Source: Bdellovibrionales bacterium
Lineage (GTDB): Bacteria; Bdellovibrionota; Bdellovibrionia; Bdellovibrionales; JAUICD01
Reading direction: 5' to 3'
Assembly: GCA_965197425.1 (NCBI GenBank)
Contig: CBDANC010000014.1
Coordinates: forward strand, 235,088-299,087
DNA: 64,000 nucleotides
The position numbers and the translations under genes are program-made. The notes beneath the pieces were generated by a model, which worked only from the letters and a program-made list of their open reading frames with translations, was not told where the DNA came from and did not search any database. This document shows positions 1 to 7,169 of the stretch, one piece after another. Position 1 is the first letter of the stretch. The number at the start of each line of letters is the position of its first letter.

Positions 1-569
1 AGAACATAAGACACAGCAGGATGGATCCATTGGTTTGTCTCTTCATTCCATCTGTAGTTAAACCCAAGGCTATCTGCTAACTTCTTTGCATTCTCACTAT
101 CTGAAGTTAAAAAATGCCAGTCTTTAGAATTTAATTTTTCTACTCCATACATATCCATATAATATTTCTTCTTGGTATTTGCCATAGTTGAATCATCTTT
201 AGATTCAAAACTTACTACTATAAAATCAAACTCCGAGCCAGGAGCCCACTCACTTTGCTTGAACATCTGCACCAACCCATTCAAATGATAGTTACAAAGC
301 CCAGGACAAGAGTAATAAACCATTACTAAAAACACAGGCTTAGTAGAGATCAAGTCTTTTAGTTTTATTTTTTGATTATCTTCGTTAATTAAATCGACAT
401 CTAAGGCTACATTCTCACCTAAATGCTCATTTACCTGAAGGCCTTTTACAGACTCTGGCGACTTGTCAGCTACCATCTGTTTTTTCCAAGGCAAATCTCC
501 ATGAGATAAAGGAGATAGTAATAAGGTTAGCACAAATACTCTAATATAAAGAGAACAGAATACCTTCAT
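1..569 (-). CDS. SCO1/SenC-family copper chaperone, partial (3' end runs off the window start)
   Basis: My translation of the minus strand from the ATG at 569 gives a signal peptide (MKVFCSLYIRVFVLTLLLSPLSHG), then a thioredoxin-like core with VYYSCPGLCNYHLNGL (CxxxC), as in SCO1/SenC. It has a 4-nt ATGA overlap with ORF 566..1096. Confidence 0.7.
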   Translation of the reverse strand, partial: MKVFCSLYIRVFVLTLLLSPLSHGDLPWKKQMVADKSPESVKGLQVNEHLGENVALDVDLINEDNQKIKLKDLISTKPVFLVMVYYSCPGLCNYHLNGLVQMFKQSEWAPGSEFDFIVVSFESKDDSTMANTKKKYYMDMYGVEKLNSKDWHFLTSDSENAKKLADSLGFNYRWNEETNQWIHPAVSYV

Positions 570-1096
570 ATACCCTCTTCATCCAAACTTTGCCATTCAT
601 CCACAGTGGAAGCTTTAGGGTTGGCAATTTCAGATCTGATATAATGAGTAAGGTTCCACCTTACTTGACTGGGTAAATACTCCAAACTATGAAATCTAGG
701 ATCCGAAACTCCATGGGTAAGGGCTTTATAAATTTCAACCTCTGAACTTCCATACTCACTCTGCAGAATCTTTACAAAAAAATCAGCTACATCACCTATA
801 GCATTTACCTCATAGAGTTGTTTGCCCTTTTCAACTGCACTGTCTGTGGCTGTTCGCCACAATTTGTCCCTATTAGCTTTGTCTTCTAAAGTGAAGGTAT
901 CGCCCCACTCATACTCCATATTGTCTATAGGACCTTGGTTTAACAAAAAAACCAATATAAAAAACAAAGCAACAAAACCTAAGGAAAATAACATAAATAA
1001 AACAGCCTTTGTGTTCTTAGGATTAGATAAATCCCTACCCTCTACCTGAGTGCCATTCAAGTTAGAGTTATTGCTGTTATTTTTACTATCTTCCAA
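566..1096 (-). CDS. membrane-anchored hypothetical protein; C-terminal region is cytochrome-c-like but lacks CXXCH
   Basis: 176-aa ORF with one TM helix (AVLFMLFSLGFVALFFILVFLL). GKQLYEVNAIGDVADFF ... LPSQVRWNLTHYIRS resembles class I cytochrome c spacing without heme-binding Cys/His. It is translationally coupled to the SCO1-like gene. Confidence 0.55.
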   Translation of the reverse strand: MEDSKNNSNNSNLNGTQVEGRDLSNPKNTKAVLFMLFSLGFVALFFILVFLLNQGPIDNMEYEWGDTFTLEDKANRDKLWRTATDSAVEKGKQLYEVNAIGDVADFFVKILQSEYGSSEVEIYKALTHGVSDPRFHSLEYLPSQVRWNLTHYIRSEIANPKASTVDEWQSLDEEGI

Positions 1097-1125
1097 GGCA
1101 AAACCCCTTACTGTATGATCATTAG

Positions 1126-1140
1126 AGCAATTTAATTGCT
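1126..1140. promoter_or_regulatory. perfect 15-bp palindrome AGCAATTTAATTGCT, candidate operator
   Basis: Read directly. It lies 30 bp upstream of the start of ORF 566..1096, in the divergent promoter region shared with dnaX. Confidence 0.25.
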
Positions 1141-1286
1141 AAGGAAACACATTGTCCATTGCAACATAACTTTTTCCAACCACAGCATAGAAGGGTTATT
1201 ATCATAGAACAAAACTATGTTATTTTTAGCCCAATAAGTAGATCAACTCACTTTATCAATTTATTTGAAAAAGTAAGCCTTTATAA

Positions 1287-1382
1287 GATATAGATAATCC
1301 CTACGGGATAAGTATAGATAACCCCTACGGGATAGGTATAGATAACCCCTACGGAGTAGGTATAGATAATCCCTCAAGAGAT
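1287..1382. repeat. four tandem 24-bp repeats (TATAGATAAYCCCTACGGGATARG), decaying from left to right
   Basis: TATAGATAA recurs at 1289, 1313, 1337 and 1361, an exact 24-bp period. Unit 1 contains the inverted repeat ATCCC-TAC-GGGAT; later units are progressively degenerate. Confidence 0.9.
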
Positions 1383-1437
1383 GGTCGGGTTTAAATGCGG
1401 AGGATAGGTTTTAAGTGACAATATCAAAACACAATTC

Positions 1438-1488
1438 ATATGGCAAAAACCTGGTAAAGCCAGATTCTTTGCCATATTCAATCAGTGT
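1438..1488 (+). promoter_or_regulatory. hairpin + TCAATCAGTG box, copy 1 (dnaX leader)
   Basis: A perfect 10-bp stem (ATATGGCAAA at 1438-1447 with TTTGCCATAT at 1468-1477) has an inner CTGG/CCAG stem. TCAATCAGTG follows immediately at 1478-1487, then TTTGGAGAAG (SD) and the ATG at 1504. Confidence 0.6.
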
Positions 1489-1503
1489 TTGGAGAAGATA
1501 ACA

Positions 1504-3081
1504 ATGAGTTATACACCGATTGCAGGCAAATGGAGACCACAAATTTTTCAAGAGGTAATAGGTCAGGAAACTACAACCACTACACTTATAAACTCGCTAA
1601 AATTTCAGAGAATACCACATGCTGTTTTGTTCACAGGTCCTAAAGGGGTAGGAAAAACCTCAATGGCACGCATACTGTCTAAAGCTATAAATTGCCAAAA
1701 CAAAGAAAATGAGTATACCCCATGTTGCCGGTGTCAGATGTGCAAAGAAATAGCTCATGGATCCAATATTGATGTTGTAGAAATCGATGGAGCTAGTAAT
1801 AGTGGTGTTGAGGCTGTACGGAGCTTAATTGATGGAGCTGGCTATAGCCCCTTTAAATGTAAATTTAAAATTTATATTATCGACGAAGTACATATGCTAT
1901 CAAATAGTGCTTTTAATGCTCTTTTAAAAATATTGGAAGAACCTCCTAAACATGTAAAATTCATCTTCGCCACAACTGAACACAAAAAAATACCTTTAAC
2001 CATACTATCTCGATGTTACAGATTTGATTTAAAAAAAATATCAACCAGTCAAATAGCAAAACATCTAGAATTTATATGTAAAAAAGAAAAAATAAAATTT
2101 GAAACAGAAGCAATTTCAAGAATTGCAAGAAGCTCAGACGGATCAATGAGAGATAGTCAAGTTGCCCTAGATCAAATTATTTCATTTTCAAAAGAAAACC
2201 TAACAGAAACCCTAGCAGAAGAAGTTCTGGGCCTTACAAATAAAAGTACTCTACTGAAGATACTGGACTGTTTGTTTAAAAGGAAAATTGACTCTAGTAT
2301 AATCAAAGAGATTTCAAATGGATCTCACAGTCCAAATGCATTCATAAATGACCTACTATTAGAACTAAGAAATTGTATTATGGTTAAAGAGTTTGGATCT
2401 AATAATATGTTAGACCTATCAGAGAGTGAAATCAGTAATTTATCAGATATAATTCAAAATACCTCAAGTGAAGATATACATATGCTATTTGATATGACAC
2501 TTAAAGGGGCTTCCGATTTAACTACATGCGAAAACCCACAAATTGTACTGGAGATGATCTTAATAAGAATGGCAAATGCCCCCAAAATAGAGGCTTTGTC
2601 AAATATAAATACTTATAACAAAACAGAGCCTGATAACGAAGTACCTATCCTTACAAAGGAAAACAGTAAAATCCCAAGTTTTCGAGGTTTTGTTGATTTT
2701 GTGGATAAAAAAGGTGAAGGCCACATAGCCTCTGTATTGGGAAATTGTAGATTTGATTCAATTAAAGATGACTTTTTTGTCATCAGTTTAGATAAAGACA
2801 AGCACTCTATGGAATTTCAAACTATAGATAAATATAAAAATGAAATCGAAAGCTTAATAGCAAGCTTTTATGGCAACAAGTTACAATTACAAGTAAGCGA
2901 AACTGACAAGGGAGATCACCTTTCCAAAACCCCAAATGAAGAAAAAAAAGAAGAGATTGTAAAAAAAAAAGATGAATTAAAAAAACAGGTGGAAAATGAG
3001 CCAGTAGTACAAGATTTTAAAAAAATATTTAATTCAGATATAAGAAATATTGTGTCAAATAAACCTAAAAAAGACAGGTAA
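1504..3081 (+). CDS. dnaX: DNA polymerase III subunit tau/gamma
   Basis: WRPQIFQEVIGQE, Walker A FTGPKGVGKTS, zinc module CQNKENEYTPCCRCQMC, and IIDEVHMLS. I prefer the ATG at 1504 with GGAG 9 nt upstream over the TTG at 1489 in the ORF track. Confidence 0.95.
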   Translation: MSYTPIAGKWRPQIFQEVIGQETTTTTLINSLKFQRIPHAVLFTGPKGVGKTSMARILSKAINCQNKENEYTPCCRCQMCKEIAHGSNIDVVEIDGASNSGVEAVRSLIDGAGYSPFKCKFKIYIIDEVHMLSNSAFNALLKILEEPPKHVKFIFATTEHKKIPLTILSRCYRFDLKKISTSQIAKHLEFICKKEKIKFETEAISRIARSSDGSMRDSQVALDQIISFSKENLTETLAEEVLGLTNKSTLLKILDCLFKRKIDSSIIKEISNGSHSPNAFINDLLLELRNCIMVKEFGSNNMLDLSESEISNLSDIIQNTSSEDIHMLFDMTLKGASDLTTCENPQIVLEMILIRMANAPKIEALSNINTYNKTEPDNEVPILTKENSKIPSFRGFVDFVDKKGEGHIASVLGNCRFDSIKDDFFVISLDKDKHSMEFQTIDKYKNEIESLIASFYGNKLQLQVSETDKGDHLSKTPNEEKKEEIVKKKDELKKQVENEPVVQDFKKIFNSDIRNIVSNKPKKDR

Positions 3082-3109
3082 CCTTCTTTTTCTAAAAACC
3101 GTGACGTAA

Positions 3110-3244
3110 CCTCTTTAGTGTTTAGGACATGTCATGTCAATTTTTCATTAACTAATAAACCTTTATTATTAACTAATAAACCTTTATTATTAGATAAGTT
3201 AGATAAGGTAGCCTCTTTAGTGTTTAGGATATGTCATGTCAATT
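3110..3244. repeat. 33-bp direct duplication of the recR ribosome-binding/start region, flanking short tandem repeats
   Basis: CCTCTTTAGTGTTTAGGAYATGTCATGTCAATT occurs at 3110-3142 and 3212-3244 with one mismatch. Between the copies are TTAACTAATAAACCTTTATTA x2 (3148-3189) and TTAGATAAG x2 (3190-3207). Confidence 0.9.
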
Positions 3245-3838
3245 ACTCCCTGTGTGGACAGATTAGTTAATGAGCTTTCTAAGCTTCCAGGAATTGGAGA
3301 AAAGAGTGCTCAAAGACTTTCTTATTTCATAATCAAAGCTGGCTCCAGTTTTACTTCAGGTTTACTAGAAGCATTGTCTGACATAGAAAATAAAATCAAA
3401 CCATGTCAGATGTGCTTTTCCTATACAGAAGAAAGGCAGGTATGCAAAATCTGTGATGATCCCAACAGATCAAATGATATAATTTGTGTGGTAAAAAACC
3501 CTTCTGACATATTAAAGATAGAATCGTCCGGGGTGTACAAAGGTAAATACCATGTTCTACAAGGTGTTTTAGATTCCTCAAATATGAAAGATGACTCTAT
3601 AAGAATTAAAGAACTCTTGGAGAGAATGGACAACATATCTGAGGTAATACTGGCTCTAGACACAGATTTTGCAGGAGATATGACATCTGCTTACATTGCA
3701 AAGCTACTTATGAAAAATAAAAGCAATGAACATCTAAAAATTACCAGAATCGCTAGAGGCATACCTTTTGGATCTGACATAGAGTACATAGATCAAAGAA
3801 CACTTAGTGGAGCATTAGAGAACAGGACTTCATTGTAA
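3236..3838 (+). CDS. recR: recombination protein RecR
   Basis: N-terminal LPGIGEKSAQRL helix-hairpin-helix, C4 zinc finger CQMCFSYTEERQVCKICDD, and a Toprim-like C-terminus. Sits in the dnaX-recR synteny. Confidence 0.93.
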   Translation: MSITPCVDRLVNELSKLPGIGEKSAQRLSYFIIKAGSSFTSGLLEALSDIENKIKPCQMCFSYTEERQVCKICDDPNRSNDIICVVKNPSDILKIESSGVYKGKYHVLQGVLDSSNMKDDSIRIKELLERMDNISEVILALDTDFAGDMTSAYIAKLLMKNKSNEHLKITRIARGIPFGSDIEYIDQRTLSGALENRTSL

Positions 3839-4422
3839 TGTCTTTCATCAATTATAACGCCAAGGAAATACACTGTAAGGTTGTTTACTATGGCCCATCT
3901 CTTGGAGGCAAAACAACAAATGTCCAATGGATCTATGAAAAAACAAGTGGCAATGAGAAAACCGATCTTATGACCATCAAAAATGAAGTGGATAGAACTG
4001 TGTTTTTTGATTTTTTACCACTATCTCTAGGTGAAATTAGAGGATTTAAAACCAGATTTCACTTATATTCTGTGCCAGGTCAAGTTGTGTATGATGCCAA
4101 TAGAAAACTTGTTATAAAAGGTTTAGATGGAGTGGTATTTGTAGCAGACTCTCAAAAAGATAGAATGGAAGAAAATTTACAATCTTTGAAAAACCTAGAA
4201 ACTAACTTAAAACAACAAGGTTATGATATCAACAACATTCCCATTGTATTTCAATACAACAAAAGAGATCTTCCAAACATAGCTTCTGTGTCAGAACTCA
4301 GAGCGGAGCTAAATAAAACCAATTCACACGACTTTGAGGCTGTAGCAAGCAAGGGAATAGGAGTATTTGAAACTTTAAAATCAATAACCAAAAGTATAAT
4401 AAATATATTAAAAGGAAACTAG
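3838..4422 (+). CDS. mglA: MglA-family Ras-like GTPase (motility/polarity regulator)
   Basis: MSFINYNAKEIHCKVVYYGPSLGGKTTN ... DRTVFFDFLPLSLGEIRGFKTRFHLYSVPGQV ... QYNKRDL is near-collinear with Myxococcus MglA as I recall it. It has a TAATG overlap with recR. Confidence 0.9.
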   Translation: MSFINYNAKEIHCKVVYYGPSLGGKTTNVQWIYEKTSGNEKTDLMTIKNEVDRTVFFDFLPLSLGEIRGFKTRFHLYSVPGQVVYDANRKLVIKGLDGVVFVADSQKDRMEENLQSLKNLETNLKQQGYDINNIPIVFQYNKRDLPNIASVSELRAELNKTNSHDFEAVASKGIGVFETLKSITKSIINILKGN

Positions 4423-4481
4423 CGACTTACTAGAACAGCGTTGGTTATATCAACTATTTTAAGTTTTAGATTTAGATTATT

Positions 4482-5415
4482 CTAGTGGGACAGTCTGTAG
4501 TCGTAACCTTCCATTTCATTTATAATCTCTTCTATACTATGTTTCTTCTCATCCAACTGCATAAGAAAATTATCTAATGCAACTCCTGCAAACAATGGTG
4601 ATCCTAGTACCAGAAGGAAATGTGGTATGTCTTTAAAAAAAATGTTGCAGAAATAACAAGGGCAACATAACATGCTAGAATAGTTCCAGCACAATGCAAT
4701 ATATTAAACACGGGTCTAGAATATATGTAGTCTGGATTATTCTGATCGATTCTTATTATTTGTCTTCCATTGTTATTTAAATATTCTGTTATAGGTGAAG
4801 GTATCTTAGTATTATCTGAGTCACTCAGTGCGGTTGATTCGTTCTTCTTAATTTCATGGTTTCTATAAGAAGTTATAACTTTTGAAAGTTTATAAGGATT
4901 TTCCAACAAAAGTTTTTGGTTTATCTTTTTTATATCTCTACTATATTCTTCTAGTAAATATACTACGGAATTATCCTCCATATTAGCTATGTCGTAGGGA
5001 GTTTGATCTAGCTCATTGGTAATCAATGGTTCAGCTCCAAGATCCAACAACAGATAAGCCAATTCAATGTTATCTACTTTTGCAGCTAAATGCAAAGCTG
5101 TGTCTCCATCATTTTGATTTTGCATATTTACTAATGTATTTATAATGTCATAATCTGGTTCAGTGTCTGTCTTAAAAAACTGTAGAAGGAAATGTAGTTC
5201 TTCTATATTACCCGCTCTCAAGCTCTCTCATACCATTTATCTTCCCACCGTGAAGGAAAGTATTTGGATGAGTCTTCGTCATTTGGTACCAATCGAATAT
5301 TATTGGTGTCTTTTTTACTTTCAAAAATTAATACATCTATACAATCATCTTCACTTGCAAAAGTAACTTGCACCATAAAGGTCAAGACAAAAAAGAGACT
5401 TAAAAATCTACTATT
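4482..5415 (-). pseudogene. decayed secreted ankyrin-repeat membrane protein, an inverted paralog of 5586..7151
   Basis: Three frame pieces. Piece 1 (5415-5218) reads NSRFLSLFFVLTFMVQVTFASEDDCID...WYERA*; it is homologous to the N-terminus of the 5586 protein (NRFLNLFFVFVFTVQISFANSESCTD) but has TAA where the start codon should be. Piece 2 is ORF 4604..5221 (ankyrin repeats plus TM1). Piece 3 is ORF 4482..4694 (FKDIPHFLLVLGSPLFAGVAL, matching FWKIPVSIILSPIVATLAVL of the paralog). The frameshifts lie near 5220 and in the A8 tract at 4635-4642. Confidence 0.75.
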
Positions 5416-5585
5416 TTACAATGAAAACTCCCCCACTAATTAACATAAAAAACAAATCAAAAGATCAGAACTGTGCAATGGATTTTTTACAACGGTGTTG
5501 CATTTATAATCAAATTACACTAGCCTAGCAAGACCATTTTGGGGGGTTTGAATTTACTTCACGATAAAAAATTTGCGGATATCTA

Positions 5586-7151
5586 ATGAATAGGTTTTTA
5601 AACTTGTTTTTTGTGTTTGTTTTTACTGTTCAAATTTCTTTTGCAAACAGTGAAAGTTGCACTGATGCATTGGAGTCTAATTCTAGCTCTGAGAGGCAAC
5701 TCTCTTCAAATCAATTCAATATTGATTTAGAAAGTATATGGAATGATGCTATGGAAAATGGTGATTTAAAAGGGATACATTTTCTCATACAGCTAATAGA
5801 CAGATCATCACTATCGGATTTAGATAAAGAACTTGCCAGCGAGTTACGCAACTTATTTAACAAAAAATATAGTGAAGGAAACACTATTTTGCACATGGCT
5901 GCCAAGCATGATGATATAGACATACTTTCCTTTATGATAGATCATGGTGCTGATATAACAAGTGAAAACGATTTAAATGAAACACCCTATGATGTAGCAA
6001 AATATTATGAAAACCAATTTTCTATAGATGCCCTGGAAACCGCTATGAACGAAATGCACGAAATTGGTACACTAGAACAAGAGAAGGGGAAAAATAAAGG
6101 GATTGTTCAAACATTTCAAGGTTCAGAACCAATATCCAAAGTAGATGGCCATCTAGAAAGCTATATAGAAGAACAAACCCAACTAGCAGAAAGTGTTAAA
6201 AATAGAATAATTCAACATATTAAAAATCGAGATTTAATGAGGCTTAAGTTTCTTTTTGAGTATTTAAGAAAGAATAACCTGGATATAATTCTCGAAAACA
6301 CAAAACATATTTATATAACCAAATCCTACAAAACAACTTTTCTAATAATGGCTGCCAGGTTGGATGATGTAGATATAGTTGAGTTCCTACTAGATGACAA
6401 ATATCAAAACACTGTCTTAGAAAAGGATAGTCTTGACAAGAGTGTTCTACATGTTGCAGCAAATAATGGTTCGGCAAGAATAACTGAGACTATTTTAGAC
6501 AGCATGGAAGATGAAGATACTTTATATAGTTTGGTTAGTTTAAAAGAAAAGAAAACAGGCAATACTGTATTGCATAATGTAGTTATCAATGATCAATTCA
6601 ATTTACTTTCCATTATGTTGAATAGGTTAAAAAGTGTTTTGACCGAAATTTCTTATAACAAACTTTTGCAAATAAGGAATAATGAATCAAAAACTGTAGA
6701 AGATCTTATGAGAGACAAAAAAATACCTTCTAAAATAATAATTGAATTGAACAACAAACCTATCAACATTCAGACCATGTATGCTGACTATAAGAGAGAA
6801 GAACGTGCTGCTAAGCAAATCGCTGAAGTAGATATAAAGGTGTTAAAGAGAAAACTTAATTATGAATTGAAGTTTAAAGGCAGAAAAGTGAGGCGAATTT
6901 TCCAATCCTTCAACAAAGTGGAGACTAAGCCTTTGTTCAGGTATTCTTTTTTTACAAACATTTTTTGGAAGATACCAGTATCTATTATCTTAAGCCCAAT
7001 TGTTGCAACACTTGCTGTTTTGGCGTCTCCCTGGCTAACATATTATCAATTTTTTTATCATCGTGTATCAAAGAACAATCGTACATATAAAATATCTGAT
7101 CTGGTAAAAATTAAGCCAGATCCACCTGATCTACTAAGTGATATCAACTAA
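5586..7151 (+). CDS. secreted/membrane-anchored ankyrin-repeat protein
   Basis: Signal peptide MNRFLNLFFVFVFTVQISFA; ankyrin motifs (GNTILHMAAKHDDIDILSFMIDHGADI, SVLHVAANNG, GNTVLHNVV); C-terminal hydrophobic hairpin. Confidence 0.85.
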   Translation: MNRFLNLFFVFVFTVQISFANSESCTDALESNSSSERQLSSNQFNIDLESIWNDAMENGDLKGIHFLIQLIDRSSLSDLDKELASELRNLFNKKYSEGNTILHMAAKHDDIDILSFMIDHGADITSENDLNETPYDVAKYYENQFSIDALETAMNEMHEIGTLEQEKGKNKGIVQTFQGSEPISKVDGHLESYIEEQTQLAESVKNRIIQHIKNRDLMRLKFLFEYLRKNNLDIILENTKHIYITKSYKTTFLIMAARLDDVDIVEFLLDDKYQNTVLEKDSLDKSVLHVAANNGSARITETILDSMEDEDTLYSLVSLKEKKTGNTVLHNVVINDQFNLLSIMLNRLKSVLTEISYNKLLQIRNNESKTVEDLMRDKKIPSKIIIELNNKPINIQTMYADYKREERAAKQIAEVDIKVLKRKLNYELKFKGRKVRRIFQSFNKVETKPLFRYSFFTNIFWKIPVSIILSPIVATLAVLASPWLTYYQFFYHRVSKNNRTYKISDLVKIKPDPPDLLSDIN

Positions 7152-7169
7152 AAAAGTGGCAAGCAGAAA

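Noticed and set aside
1287-1382. Possible CRISPR array or oriC at the 24-bp repeats, and at the 70-bp repeats at 54649-54823
   Set aside because: The repeats are directly abutting with no unique spacers, and no cas genes are nearby, so they are not CRISPR. The DnaA-box resemblance is weak (TTATCTATA) and no dnaA/dnaN is in the window, so I make no origin call.
1383-1503. SRP RNA (ffs), which often sits just upstream of dnaX
   Set aside because: I could not find the conserved SRP domain IV features (the GGAA-type tetraloop hairpin with flanking AGCA/GGUCC-like symmetric loop). The region is better described by the hairpin-box element.
4818-4830. Near-copy of the box (TCACTCAGTGC) inside the ankyrin pseudogene
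   Set aside because: It has one mismatch, no adjacent hairpin, and lies antisense within coding sequence, so it is probably chance.
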